Shown here piece after piece: positions 38,094 through 53,689 of a stretch of DNA of 64,000 nucleotides; position 1 is the first letter of the stretch, and each line of letters begins with the position of its first letter. The notes below the pieces were generated by a model. It ran no database searches. It was not told the DNA's origin and saw only the letters and a program-made list of their open reading frames with translations. The translations under genes were made by a program, and so were the position numbers. Source of the stretch: Octopus vulgaris (Eukaryota); NCBI GenBank assembly GCA_951406725.2, contig OX597820.1, forward strand, positions 87,234,001 to 87,298,000, in the 5' to 3' direction.

Positions 38094-38276
38094 CAAACAG
38101 CAAAGTTACCGAATGGAGTAGAAAAATTCGGGCTACATATGTTTCATAGCGAGTGGAACCTCAGAAGTGGTAAAATCCAAGCGAGGTGTATACCATCGGC
38201 TAGGGTAACTTGATCAGATTAAAGGATACACACGCACACACATACACACTCACACACACAAATACACACATACACT

Positions 38277-38427
<151 letters not shown>

Positions 38428-38547
38428 TTTTAAGAGACAGCAATTCAATCATCATTGAACGACATTATCCCCGATAGGTACATATAAGACTAAAAATGAT
38501 CAAAATTAATACCTTCAATTCTTATTCTAAATCTTATACATTTACAT

Positions 38548-38661
38548 TATATAGACTACGCGCGTTTCATGACAACATATTCCTCGATATTGCTGAAGTA
38601 GAAGGTCTCAAATACAATGTCATATTAAAATGATTATATTGCCAATTTTCAGGTCTATATA
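38548..38661 (-). ncRNA. Decayed hammerhead with a long stem II
   Basis: Minus strand: stem I tatatagac/gtctatata (9 bp), core CTGAAAA (G8A), stem II tggcaatata/tatgttgtca, GAA-ACGCGCGT-A. Confidence 0.65.
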
Positions 38662-38789
38662 CATGAACTTATTTTGCTATTTACATCCTATGTAAAGACA
38701 TGACAAACTAAAATTATATAACTAGAAGTTATATAATTGAACTTCTCTCTCCTGTTGACTCGGAAATAACTTCCCTAATATGCTTCCAC

Positions 38790-39135
38790 ACATCGTTTCA
38801 CTTTGGTGAGATGATATGATTAGCATATTGTTTAATTACTATCACCCATGAAAGGTATAAAATGTGTTTCTTCGGGTAATTATTTTGAACAAGTCCTTCA
38901 TCAGATCATAGAGTTGTTTCACTGAATATGAGAACGAATATCCAAAGCAATGTACAATATTCAGGTTGAAAATAGCACACTGATTTTGGTATATATTCTT
39001 TTACAAAGTGAAATGACAGTATGATCTAATGAAGGACTTATTCAAAATATTTACCGGAAGAAACACAGCTTACACTTTTGATGGGTGATAGTTATTAAAC
39101 AATATGTTAGTTACATTATCTTACCAATGAACTGC
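38790..39135. repeat. Long imperfect palindrome (~155 bp arms), MITE-like
   Basis: 38790-38945 is a diverged reverse complement of 38985-39135. Confidence 0.75.
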
Positions 39136-39209
39136 GAATATAACGATGTGTGAAAGCAGTTGTAATGATTTTAGATAATATTGTTCAATCCATTTACTCT
39201 CAATCGTAT

Positions 39210-39612
39210 TCTTTTATTCTTTTGGTTCAGCCAGTTGACTGCGGCCATGCTGGAGCACCGCCTTTAGTCGTGCAAATCGACCCCAGGACTTATTCTTTGT
39301 ATGCCTGCCTAATACTTATTCTATCGGTCTTTTTTGCCGAACCGCTAAGTTACGGGGACGTAAACACACCAGCATCGGTTGTTAAGCTATGTTGGGGGAA
39401 CGAACACACACACACACAAACATATACACACACATACATATACATATATATATACGACGGGCTTCTTTCAGTTTCCGTCTAAATCCACTTACAAGGCTTT
39501 GATCGGCCCGAGGCTATAATAGAAGACACTTGCCCAAGGTGTTACGCAGTGGGACTGGACCTGGAACAATGTGGTTGGTAAGCAAGCTACTTACCACACT
39601 GCCACTCTTGCA
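39210..39612 (-). mobile_element. SINE family B, full length (head, TG tract, tail)
   Basis: Colinear with the plus-strand copy at 49715-50155. Confidence 0.8.
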
Positions 39613-40032
39613 CTTATAAGATTTATATAACATGCTATGTGTCTCCAAGCAATCTTTCAGGATCAGTGTATACTGTTAAGCCTATTTGAAAACGAGGACG
39701 CGAGTGTATGAGAAAACACGAGAAACAAAAATGAAAAGAAAAACAGGAAAAAGATTTTTGCAAAGAGGGAAAAAAGAAATAAAAGAAAAATAAGAAAACC
39801 AAGATTTGCGTCCCCTTTTGTAGGTTGAAATCATAATTAATCTTGCTGGAGTAGAATACACAAGAGAGAGAAGGCTAAAATCTATGAGATAGCTATTCAA
39901 CCCGGAAAAGGTGTGGTTCACCAGCTTGACAAATGAAATCTGTAAATGAACTTGCATCACATTTTCCTGCGTCCTTTCCCCAATAAAATTTTTCATATAC
40001 TTTTCTTTCTTCCTGCTTCTCTTTATTTCTCT

Positions 40033-40085
<53 letters not shown>

Positions 40086-40377
40086 ACTATACGTTTCCTC
40101 TTCATTTCATTTTCTTTCTGAAGAAGGATTAATGTCCGAAATGTCGACTAACCCCAGACTCATTTCATATACTTATCCCAAGAATTAAATTAGTACCGCA
40201 TTTGTTGGTATTTACATATATAATCATATACTCTTTAGTATAGTTACAACTCTATCTCTTCTTGATATTTTACAACTAGTTATTTTGCTTGTTGCAAATC
40301 AGTGACCGATGACCACTTTGCTTACAATATATTGTTCGCGGTAGCCGACTCTGACTATCGCTCTGGCATGCAGGTAC

Positions 40378-40426
40378 TCGCGACTGAGGATAAGCCAAAT
40401 AGCTCAAAACTGAGTCAGCTTCGCGA
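40378..40426 (+). ncRNA. Decayed hammerhead inside a direct-repeat-bounded unit (40249-40651)
   Basis: tcgcga-CTGAGGA-ta-agc-caaata-gct-c-AAAA-CTGA-G-TCAG-CT-tcgcga; two core substitutions (G12A, U16.1C). Confidence 0.55.
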
Positions 40427-40669
40427 TCCTCTTAGCTGCTAGATGGTGGTAGGGCTTCGTTCCCCCTGCTAGCAATAAATTTTATTTAAAGGGTGCAGAG
40501 TGTCTCACCGATAACCAGCTGGAGGATAATCTGCCTGGGGTTAAACTATTAGTAACATTCAACAGCCACGTTGATGTGGCGACTGACTTTACTGTTCAGC
40601 AAGGTTGTTACTTTATCTCTTCTTGAGATTTTACAACTAGCTATTTTGCTTATATAAATAAATACATAA

Positions 40670-40716
<47 letters not shown>

Positions 40717-40717
<1 letters not shown>

Positions 40718-40990
40718 CGGGAAGCTTTATGAAAATAAACAAAAGACGAAGGCAGGTGGAATACAAACAAACAATTGTATTAGTATGGCGCTCAGGAATA
40801 TAAATAAAACAAGTCTTTTACGTTTCGAGCCTACGCTCTTCAACAGAAAGTTACACAAAAAAGAAACACGGAAAGAAACAAGGAGAGAAAAAAATGCGTG
40901 CAGAAGCTAGCGAATCAACATGGCGATCTGATTCCGGCCAGAAGTCAAAGATCAAACGTGAGACGCAAGAGCGAAAATAAGGGAGATAAC
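40717..40990 (-). mobile_element. Family D repeat, copy 3 (HHR at 40815-40850)
   Basis: Minus strand cttt-CTGTTGA-A-GAGC-GTAG-GCTC-GAAACGTA-aaag; abuts (TA)n. Confidence 0.8.
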
Positions 40991-41463
40991 AGAGTCAAAT
41001 ATATATATATAAGACTAAATACAGGAGACGTACGAAGGAGTGAACAAGATGTTAATACCTTACAATTGTGTATTTGTTTCGAAACAGAACCATTTTCTCA
41101 ATGTGAATGGATTATGAATATAGTGGGTTGTATATATATAGTTAATTTAAAATGAGAAATAAATAAGATTAAACCTTCAATTCTTTTTCGTTCTGACTCA
41201 CTTATACATACATAAATATACATATACACAGGTACTACGTACGTACGTACGTATGTATGTAAGTATGTATGTATGTAGGTATGTATGTATGTATGTATGT
41301 ATGTATGCATGCATGTATATATGGATGCATACATACACATATATACATTTTTTTTTTTCAGAAAGCTTCCGCAATGTAATTTTGTCTCCCGCTCTCTTTC
41401 TCCCTTTCTCTCTACCTCACCACTTCATAATTATATATAGAGGAGAATGTATATAATGGAGAG

Positions 41464-42195
<732 letters not shown>

Positions 42196-42299
42196 ACAAA
42201 AAATATCCTATGTGTTATGACATTTATTATGCACGCGAACCACTGGTATAAGTACCCTTGTACTTATACTTATACATACATACATACATACATAAATAC

Positions 42300-42362
<63 letters not shown>

Positions 42363-42528
42363 ATAGCACATATCTATATATATATATATAAAGTGTAAAG
42401 TGCATATATACGTATATGTATATATACATGTGTTTGTGTTCATATATGCATTCGTATACCTACATACATACATACATGCACACATACATACATACATACA
42501 TACATACATACATACATACATACATACA

Positions 42529-42560
<32 letters not shown>

Positions 42561-42933
42561 GCAATTACAAGGCGAAGTGCTATTTTAATCATTTAAGAAA
42601 ATCCCTTTTGTTTAGTTGTTCACGCAAATGCATTTCAACTGTTGGAAAATAACAACTGACAAGTTTATGAAAGTTTCAAGAAATAAAGGAAAAATGAATG
42701 TAAAATTTTTTGTGTGTTCTTAAATGGGTAAAATTTATTCTTCCACGCTGTAATTGCTTCAGCTTCAATCCACAGTCTCAGATCAAGTTGCATGTCAAAC
42801 GATTACAACTTTGTATACAAACATATATACATACACACACACACACACACACATACACCCACACATATATATTTATATTTACATATCTGTGTATATATAC
42901 ACACACATACACATACATTCGTATATGTATGTG

Positions 42934-43187
<254 letters not shown>

Positions 43188-43704
43188 CAACGTAAATCTA
43201 ATCATTTATTTATCTATATATAAATACCTTCTAACCGATGAGGTTAACATCAGTGCAGCTTATATTTATAGAGAAATTCATTGGGGAATTATAATATTAT
43301 CTAACTTTTATACACAATATATTTATAAATGTGAATACTGCAAGTTTAAGCAAGGAAATCAAATAATAACGCTCAGTTGAAAGGATGTAGGAATAATGTT
43401 ATTTTACTCGTTGTTGTATGTAGTTACAGGAATACAGATCAAATCGGGAGCCAATGACGGCAATTGAGTATTACGAAGAATAATAATATATTTATCTTTC
43501 TCTCGTATTGCCAAGAAGAGAGCATATTTGTTTTCTGTTACTTAGAGAACGTTTTGCATTGTTTTTATTTTTCTTTAACTTGTGTACAACTGCTAATCTG
43601 AAGAATTTTGACATCATCTTATTTCACGAATTTGACGTCAGCAAGCGAAGACGTCCGCAAGAAACTGTCGCACGGATACATACATGCATATATACATCCA
43701 TACA

Positions 43705-43756
<52 letters not shown>

Positions 43757-44074
43757 TGTAGCAATTACAAGCGGAGAAGCTATATGTATGTGTGTTCTGT
43801 TCTTCTTTATACTTGCGTCAGTCATTTGATTGCAGCCACGCTGGAGCACCTCCTTTAGTCGAACAAATCCATCCTAGTACTTATTCTTTGTAAGCCTAGT
43901 ACTTGTTCTATCGGTCTCTTTTACTGAACCGCTATGTTACGGGTACGTAAGCACGACAAACGTAGTAAATCCTTTGTGTCTTCTACGCATACGTTTTCTT
44001 TATTCGTTGTTTATTTACAATGCATTTATTCATTTATCAAGTAATGGTACACAACACACTACCAGACGTTTATT

Positions 44075-44144
<70 letters not shown>

Positions 44145-44280
44145 GTACATATATATATATATATAATTTAAATAATGAGGGTGATAAATTGAATATTAAT
44201 TTAATTAACATCAATTTTAAACCAGTAGCCTAGCATAGAGAAAAATCTGAAAATTCAGAAAAATTGTATTACATTACGCA

Positions 44281-44576
44281 TCAGTGGTTAAGGCAGCGGA
44301 CTCGCGGTCGTAGGATCGCGGTTTCAACTCCCAGACCGGGCGTTGTGAGCGTTTATTGAGCGAAAACACCTAAAGCTCCACGAGGCTCCGGCAGGGGGTG
44401 GTGGCGATCCCTGGTGTACTCTTTCGCCACAACTTTCTCTCACTCTGTCCTCTGTTGGCCTGCTCGCTTAGCCAGCGGGGTGGCGTCATTTGAAGGCTAA
44501 AACAATGCGAAGCGCATTGTGAACAGCGATGTGTAGCAACAGTTGATAGCCTGGCCGGTCACGGTGATCACGGTGA
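44281..44576 (+). mobile_element. SINE family C
   Basis: cagtggttaaggcagcggactcgcggtcgtaggatcgcggtttc...; matches 20166-20477. Confidence 0.85.
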
Positions 44577-44683
44577 TATATATATATATATGTGCATGTG
44601 TGTATATGTGGACGGGTGCGTAGTTGTATATACGTATATATGTGGGAGAGAGGGAGAGACAGACAGCAAGACAAACATTGTGT

Positions 44684-44724
<41 letters not shown>

Positions 44725-45329
44725 TGTGTGTGTGCCTTCTTTTCAGCACATTCGGATGTTGTTTTTCACCATTTTACCGGCAGTATGTCGCCCGTTGCTA
44801 CATTCTGAGTTCAAATATCAATGAGGTCGACTTTGACTTTCATCATTTCAGAGGTCGATGAAGTATGTTCCAGTCATGAAATTACTTCGATGTTATCAAC
44901 TAAACTCTCTGACCTTGTGCCTTAGTAAGAAGTGATTGCTTGCCTTTCCTTAAACGTTTTTGAAATTTTATAATAAAAAGTAGATTTAAAACATTAAGAA
45001 ACATTCTGGGAACGACATGCATAAAAACACATATTACAGAAAAGGTTTTTAGCCTTAATATCAAACAGGATAACTTTTGGTTCTATAAGATGGAGCCAAA
45101 ATTGTTTAATATTTTACAAGCAGGCACACAAACACACACACACAAACACACACACATTCATACACTTCATACATACTAACACGCATATACACATGTACAC
45201 TCACACACACGCATATATGTGTATGTATGTATGTACGCTTGCATTTATGTACATATGTATGATGCGCGCACGCGCATGTGTAAAAAAAGTATGCAATGGT
45301 GCATCCGATACTGTGATTCATGTACATGC

Positions 45330-46340
45330 TATACCTAAGTTATGCCACCCGCCAATGGGCTTTCGGTTTAGAAAAGTTCGGTGTTATCGCCCTAGATATC
45401 AGGAAAGCTTTGACCATATCTAGCATGAGAATTACTTGTCGAAACTTTCTGCCTACGGATTCCTTTCTTCTCTCATCTTTTGGGTCGGTGGATTCCTATT
45501 AGAGCGTACCAGTGAATCCTATGTTGATGAGATTTTTTTTCTATCATATCCACAATTAATTCTGGTATACCCCCAAGGTCCTGTGTTGTCTCCCACTTTC
45601 TCTCCTTTATATTTGCCTTGCCACAACTGTCACACATCATCTACATGTAACCTTAGCTCCGCACTCAAAATATGCGTTGGTTCCATCAACGGAGACCTCT
45701 AAAGCACATTTCAGTTGGTCCATCCCAGTCTTGTCCCTTGTAACGGCATAAAAACCACTAACTCACTACTCATTACACCATTCATCCAGAAACAATAGCA
45801 CCACTTAGTTGTAGCCCACCCTGTCGCACCAAGTGATAGTCCTTACTATCACCGAGAATCCCTCATGGCCAAGGATGTATCCCAAAGACAAGACCTTCTG
45901 TTCAAGATGAGAAGACATTTCAACTCCTAGCAATTGCTGATAACCAAGTGAGGAAGCCAGTAGAATGTTTTTCCATATCCTAGACGGTACAACTATTGCG
46001 TACACATATCTTAGACCGAATCCAGAGAAAAGCCACTCAACTAATTTGCATAAAACCATTTACATAGATGCTTCAGCCCCCGGCCCTCAGTTATGTTCCT
46101 TCATATCTCTGTATTTCTCTCTGCCACTATATACTGTGCTCTTATAGTTGAAACGTCTTGTACGTCCTTCGCTCAGGTACTCTCGACTCGCTCGCCTCTC
46201 TTCTTTTTGTCACCCTTGTTGTGTTAAACACCTTGGCTCCGCATAAACCACAACGCTCAGTCCTTGTTTCCAATAACATCGTCCTTCCGGAGTCGCCTCT
46301 CTGCCATTTATTTTCCTACAGGTGTGAATCTGCAACATAT
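45330..46340 (+). pseudogene. Old LINE RT remnant (Jockey/CR1-like)
   Basis: GVIALDIRKA and YPQGPVLSPT motifs; many indels; followed by an (AAAT)n tail. Confidence 0.55.
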
Positions 46341-47506
46341 TGAATAAAGGCATAATAAGTTATTTTATAATAAATAAATAAATAAATAAATAAAATGATA
46401 AATAAAAATAATTATATAAAAGCATGATTAAGTCAAGGCATAAAAAAGGCTTGAAAAGCTATTTCGTCAATACGAAAGTCTAAACATTTTATAAGCCAGG
46501 ATTCAGAGTAACTGTGACTTCACTGATACAACTAGCTTCAAATCACAGAGGCTTTGTGAGTATGTATATGTGTGTGTATACACACGCATACACAAACACA
46601 CATAGACATATATATACACATATATATATACGTGTGTGTGTGTACATAGATAGATAAATACGTATATGTATGAGTTTGAATACGTGTATGTACATATGTG
46701 CATGTGTGTGTGTGTATGTGTGTGTACATACATACATACATACATACATATATACATACATACATACACACACACATACATACATACATACATACATACA
46801 TACATACATACATACATACATACATACATACATAAATGTAAACACACCCTTGCATGTATGTAACCCGGAAAAGTAACTCTTGTCAGAACTGAGGAGTTTT
46901 TCAGCTGCTTTAATCAGCTCGTAATACTAATAACGTTGTCAACGCTAATGAAAATTAATTTAGTATCAGATATCACTGATACTGTTGACCCTTCTTTATC
47001 TAATATCTATATAGAAATATTGTAAAACAAACCACCACCCACATGTAAAATGATAAAGTTTCACTGTGCTTCGATTTACGCGAAGATCTCAGAGTCTATT
47101 TATATTTAACCTGCTCTTTTACGATGAAAAGAACTGGCAACATAAGACATACGAACGGAAGTAAGACTTAATTAAAAGTACCGGATATTCCGTTTGTTTT
47201 TGTTTCGTTATGATTTCTTTTTTTGGCGGGAGAATTAATGAAAAAGCAGCAGCGAAATGTGTTCAAGTCACGCGAAGTTATTGATATGGGCCGTTGTGAT
47301 AGTCATATATTGGTTGGCTCTTATGAGACGGATGTTTTTAACTCGTGATTTCATTAGAAGTTTGGTTTCTATGATTCCATGTTCTGTTGCAGTGCAACAG
47401 TTGACTCCTAGTATCACTACATTTTTCTTTCTTTTAAATATTTTTCCAATATTTCATATCAATATAGAGATGATGATTGACAGACAGACACAAAAATGGA
47501 TGAATG

Positions 47507-47580
<74 letters not shown>

Positions 47581-47589
47581 GAGAGAGAT

Positions 47590-47633
<44 letters not shown>

Positions 47634-48229
47634 CGACAGATAGACAGACAGACAGACAGACAGATATACACACACACATTCAGACGGACAGACACAGACA
47701 GACACACTAGCACGCAGTCATACAGACAAACACGCACACATACACACAGACAAACGGACAGACAGACAAACAGACGGACGAACAGGCAGACAGACAGGCA
47801 GGCAAACACACATACAGACATATTTATATACTATGTATATAACCCTGCGGTATTCGTCAGAAGATATCTCATATCGACGTACTGTGTTTAAAAACAATTT
47901 ATATCGGTGGGGAGACGAAAATTATCCCAGCACCACCGTTGCGCCTTTTCAATGGAGTGTACTCACAGTCAACTGCATACTTAGGCGAAATTTGTCACTT
48001 CCGATTCGAGGGAAACAGTGAGAAGCATTCAGTGGCATTCCGAATAGCCGCCCGTCTAAATAAAAAGACGTTGTATGCAATAGAAGCAGTATTAAGTTAA
48101 GATACCCATCAATGTTTGACACATAATGTTAATACTTCAAAGATGCATCAGGATAGGCGCAGGCGTGGATGTATGGTAAGAAGCTTGCTTCCCATCCACA
48201 GACAGACAGATAGAAAGATAGATAGACAG

Positions 48230-48412
48230 ATTCGCCATGATAGATCGCTAGCCACTACACGTTCTTTATTTTCTCTCCTTGTTTCTTTCTGTGGAAGAGC
48301 GTAGGCTCGAAACGTTAAAGACTTTTTCACTTCCCGAGCGTTAAACTAATACATCTGTTTGTTGTCTACACCACCTGTCTTCGTCTTTTGCTTTTTTTGT
48401 GAATTCTCCCCT
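48230..48412 (+). mobile_element. Family D repeat, copy 4 (HHR at 48284-48321)
   Basis: tcttt-CTGTGGA-A-GAGC-GTAG-GCTC-GAAACGTT-aaaga; ends in gaattctccc before a TA/TACA tract. Confidence 0.8.
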
Positions 48413-48610
48413 TATACATACATATATATATACACTTATATATACATGCACACATAAGCATACATAAATATATATACACACATTCATACATACATAATAC
48501 ATGCATGCATACATACATATACATACATAATACATGCATACATACATACATACATTCATACATACACACAAACATATATACATACATACATACATACATA
48601 CATACATACA

Positions 48611-49710
48611 TACGAAGGTTTTTCCGAAAGTAATGCATAAGTGGGCATAGCCTTTTTATTACCTGACATAGGTAACAACTTTGTCAAGAACTCGGGGTGC
48701 AGGTTGTGTGAAATCCACAAAAGACTGCAGGTTATTTACTGAGATGACGCAACTGACGGGATCAATGTGCACAGATGGATAAAGTAGTTTAAAGAAGGAG
48801 AAGCCAGCATTGAAGGCATACCACTCAATGACACACTGTTAATTCCGAACACTGACAGGAATCACCAGGGAAAGAACAAACTGATTCGCATGGACAGACA
48901 AGTTACGGTTCGTGTGTCTGTTACGGAAGATGGCGGGAGATTTTGGATAACAGAAAGTGCATGCTAAGCGCGTACTTTACAAATGGAACCTTATATGAAA
49001 CAGATAACAGTCTGTTCTGATCTTCTACAAGCGTTAAAAAATAAAGACATGTTTTTCTCGATATGGTGATGTGATGCAACGTGGCCGTATCTTTATAATC
49101 GGGAAACGATTATAATCCATGGAATGGCCTCACGCCTCATCTCCACGGCTTAAGACTTTCAAGAGATAGCGATCAGCACAGAAAATCATGGTGACTGTTC
49201 TTAAGGAAAACAAAGGTGTCAGTCTCCTTGATTTTCTGGAACATGGATGTACCGTTACATGAATGTAACGAGCTGCATATTGAGACTCCCAAACAAGCTT
49301 AGAGGAATCATCACGGGAGACCGAATAAGAGTCTGAAAATGACCCACATTGACCATGATAATGCTTGACCACAGCAGTTCAAGCAATTAGTAAATTGAAA
49401 TTGTCAGTTGTCCTCTATTGTACAGCTTGGATCTGAAGCCCTCTGGCTTACACCTGTTCAGTCCAGTGTACAACAGTCTTAGAGAAGAATGATATAGTGA
49501 CACAGACGAGATGAAAGTGAGTGTGAAGTAGGTGTAACAGGACACACTTGAATTTTTCAAAGATGCGAGAACTGGTTCAACAAAAGAGATGGAGATTACT
49601 TCAAGTAGAACTTTGTATAGAGAAAGAACTGTTCAAGATGCATGCTTGAGTTACCTATGCCAGTTAATAAAAATAAAATTATGTCCACTTTTGCATTAAT
49701 TTCAAGGGAC
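48611..49710 (+). mobile_element. Decayed mariner transposon
   Basis: TIR gaaagtaatgcataagtgggcata / tatgtccacttttgcattaatttc; motifs CDATW..Y..ET..SMEW, HDNA*P and YSLDLKPSGLHLF (YSPDLAPSD-type). Confidence 0.8.
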
Positions 49711-49714
49711 TGGG

Positions 49715-50155
49715 TGTGTGCTAAGAAGCTTGCTTCCTAACCACATGGTTCCGGGTTCAGTCCCACTGCGTGGCACCTTGGACAAGTGTCTTCTACTAGA
49801 GCCTTGGGCCGACCAAAGACTTGTGAGTGAATGGAAACTGAAAGAAACCTGTCGTATATATATGTGTGTGTGGATCTATGTGTGTGTGTGCATCTATGTG
49901 TGTGTGTGCATCTATGTGCGTGTGTGCATCTATGTGTGTGTGTCTTTGTGTCTGTCCTCCCATCACCGCTTAACAACCGGTGTTGGTGTGTTTATATCCC
50001 CGTAGCTTAGCGGTTCGGGAAAAGACCGATAAACTAAGTACTAGGCTTCTAGAGTTAAAAATAATAATTTCTGAGTTCAATTCTTTTTACTAAAACCCTT
50101 CAAGGCGGTGCTCCAGCATGGCCGCTGTCAAATGACTGAAACGTGTAAAAGAATA
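49715..50155 (+). mobile_element. SINE family B, near full length
   Basis: Head, TG tract and tail, colinear with 39210-39612. Confidence 0.8.
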
Positions 50156-50165
50156 AAAAATACCT

Positions 50166-50208
<43 letters not shown>

Positions 50209-51265
50209 CATACATACATACATACATACATACATACATACATACATACATACATACATACATACATACGTACATACATACGTACATACATACATACATA
50301 CATACATACATACATACATGCATACATACATAGATTTAAGGTACATAAGCAATAGGCACTACTACCTGAATGTTTCAAATCCCTAAGACAAAATAAGGTT
50401 TCCAAAAGCAACTATGGGAAACCCATTTTCTATTCTTCATCAAGCATCTTACTGGGAGGATGTTATTTGAGGGAGATTTAACTACTCTTTCTTATTCTTT
50501 GAGGTCTCTCGGTTAACGTTGAATCGCCAGCATCGATAACTTGAAAAAGAAACAGCAACAATAATAGGTAACATATCCAAGGCAACTGATGATTCAATAA
50601 ATGTTGTTATTGACAACGAACCAATTTAATCCTCTTCCGTTTAACTGACTAATATTCAGAAAAATACAAAATAATGACAGAATATTTAGAAATTTCCGCC
50701 ACGTATTTTGTTTGTTTTTTTTAATTGATTTTGGGGTTTTTCCCCTTCTCTTTTCTTTTATATATGAAGCTATGAAGCGTGCTTGCCGTGGTAAATTATT
50801 TGGGATCATTACCAGCAGCAACAACACCAACAATAACAGCAGCAGTAACCGCAATCTCAGCTCTTTTGATCTCCTGGTAACAAGGAAATTAGCTGACTTT
50901 TCTCTTTAGTTATATATTTAGTTCAATTGTCTTTATTTCGTTTTGTTGTTCTTGTTGTGTTTTAGTGGTGGTGGTGGTGGTCAACGTCGTCGTCGTCGTC
51001 GTCCTTATCGTATTGTAATTACTAGTGGTTGCGTAGTCTATTGTGAAATAAGGCCATGTAATAACAATAATGGGTTCCAAATGCATGACTTGACTCTTTT
51101 TAAAATAATTATTATTTTCAATATAGGAAGGCACAAGACTAACAGTTTTGAGGAGAGCAGGGTTAGTGCTGCGACCACTACTTCTGTCACTGCTACTACT
51201 GCTACTGTTGTCGCCATCATCGCGAACACTGTTCTTTCTTTTTTTTTTTTTTTTTTGAAAAGGAA

Positions 51266-51640
51266 GCACTCCGTCGGTTACGACGACGAGGGTTCCGGTT
51301 GATCCGAACAACGGAACAGCCTGCTCGTGAAATTAACGTGCAAGTGGCTGAGCACTCCACAGACACGTGTACCCATAACGTAGTTCTCGGGGATATTCAG
51401 AGTGACACAGAGAGTGACAAGGCTGACCCTTTGAAATACAGGTACAACAGAAACAGGAAATAAGAGTGAGAGAAAGTTGTGGTGAAAGAGTACAGCAGGG
51501 ATCACCACCATCCGCTGCCGGAGCCTCGTGGAGCTTTAGGTGTTTTCGCTCAATAAACACTCACAACGCCCGGTCTGGGAATCGAAACCGCGATCCTACG
51601 ACCGCGAGTCCGCTGCCCTAACCACTGGGCCATTGCGCCT
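51266..51640 (-). mobile_element. SINE family C head with an alternative 3' tail
   Basis: Head near-identical to 20300-20475; tail (cacttgcacgttaatttcacgagc...cgtaaccgacggagtgc) shared with 56095-56185. Confidence 0.8.
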
Positions 51641-52379
51641 ACACACTGTTGTTTCTACCGTTGATGCTGCTAGCGTCACTCTCGTCCGCTTGTGTGCAAG
51701 ATGAGCTTTGAAATGTATCCATCTCTGTCATTACGTTCTAGAGTGTTATTTTTAACATTGCCTCCGACACCACATTTTGTCGTCTTAGATACCTTCTCAA
51801 GGCACAAAGAAGATAATGGAGAAAGGTCTTCATCTGTTAGAGGGCTGATGTGGGGAAGGACTCCCTTTTTAATTTTTTTTACAACGGCCGGTATTGGCAC
51901 CATCTTGTATGTCGATATTTTTTTCTCTCAAACGCCGACCGGGAAAGGGGAAATATTTTGTGGAGGAAATTGCAAAATATTTCCCCTTACGAGGCAAAAC
52001 AATCAAAGGGCACCAGCCGAGAGATTCCTGGTGTTCTTATTGACAAATTGGAACAAAAACTTTGTAGTTAAAGCGGTAACAAAGGGGTGAAAACGACATT
52101 TATAACTGAGAGTCACGTAACATGTTTAAAAGTATGTCGGTATTATTCCGCAGCAAATATAAGAAGAACAAGAAGAAGTTGATGATTACTTTCAATTTTT
52201 ATACCTATGAGTGAATACATGACCACATACACACGCGCGCACACACATACATGCATACATACATACATACATACATACATACATACATACATACATACAT
52301 ACACACATACATACATACATACATACATACATACATACATACATACATACATACACACATACAATCATACATACATACG

Positions 52380-52411
<32 letters not shown>

Positions 52412-53397
52412 GAAACATAATGAAGTTGGAGGGTTGCACATTTAAAAAATTTAATTAATTAAAATCATTCTTTGCATATTAAATTCCGAATTTATTAAAT
52501 CTAGAATTAATAAGCAAAAAAATTATTGTAAATTAAATCAATTTTAAAGGTGCGTAACTCTCCATTCTTCGCTATTTTGCTTTTGAAATATACTCTGAAC
52601 TTTGCATGAAATCCATCGAAGCGACTTCAGGATTAAACAAAAGAGAGAAGTTCAACTAGAACTCTTTATTCTAAACGATTGTAAATGTTTCCTTAAATTC
52701 TATGAGGTTAATAAAGTCAGAATTTTAACAGAGTAGTTGCATGGTAACTGCCTGATTTAAAATTCCTATTTATTTGCGTCCTATATACATACGTACATAC
52801 ATACATACATACATGTATGTATGTGGGTGTGTGTGCGAAGATGCATAGTTCAGTCGGGCTCCCAGTCATGAGATAGTGAGTTCGATTCGTGGATCAGGCT
52901 GTGTGTTGTCTTTTTCTGCAAGACACTTTATTTCACGTTGCTCCAGTTCACACTGATGTAGAAATGAGTTGCGACGTCACTAGTGCCTTTCGCGGAGATT
53001 AGGGTCTAGGAAATGTGTGCGCAAGGGAGCGTACCCAAACAGTTGAAGACTAGTGTGAAGTGAGAGTCATCTTCATCTTGTTTTGAGTGTTTGTGGGGAT
53101 ATTTTATGCTCCTTTAAGTCCTTAAACACCCAGTGTAACATACTGGTTGGTCGCATAGCATAGTTACAAAGTATATGGTAGTGTTACTGTAACTGCATGG
53201 ACTTTTAGTTAGGCGATTCCAGAACTGGAAACCTAGGGTGCCCAACCAGAAACGTTCCTCATTCTCCATACATTTCCGCAGAATAATTTATCTTAAATAA
53301 TTCTCTGACAGTAAAGAGAAATAACAATAACTATAAATAACAATCAAAATGATAAAAACGAAATAATTGTCACTTAACATATAATTCGTGCGTATGA

Positions 53398-53628
53398 GGG
53401 CGGCGAGCTGGCAGAATCGTTAGCACGCCGGTCGAAATGCGTAGCCGTATTTCGGCTGCCGTTACGTTGTGTGTTCAAATTCCGCCGAGGTCGACTTTGC
53501 TTTTCATCCTTTCGGGGTCGATAAATTAAGTACCAGTTACGCACTGGGGTCGATGTAATCGACTTAATACCTATGTCTGTCCTTGTTTGTCCTCTCTGTG
53601 CTTAGACCCTTGTGGGTAGTAAAGAAAT
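53398..53628 (+). mobile_element. Young SINE family A copy with a 19-bp target-site duplication
   Basis: atataattcgtgcgtatga at 53379-53397 and at 53629-53647. Confidence 0.9.
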
Positions 53629-53689
53629 ATATAATTCGTGCGTATGACAACAGAATAAAACTATAGACATGGTATTCTAATAAAAAATT

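Noticed and set aside
47835-47875. Minus-strand CTGACGA plus a short hairpin; also CTAATGA-atg..cat at ~55597
   Set aside because: The GAAA/stem III half is missing, so the match is too weak to call a hammerhead.
51692-52090. 132-aa ORF
   Set aside because: No recognisable motifs; probably old TE debris.
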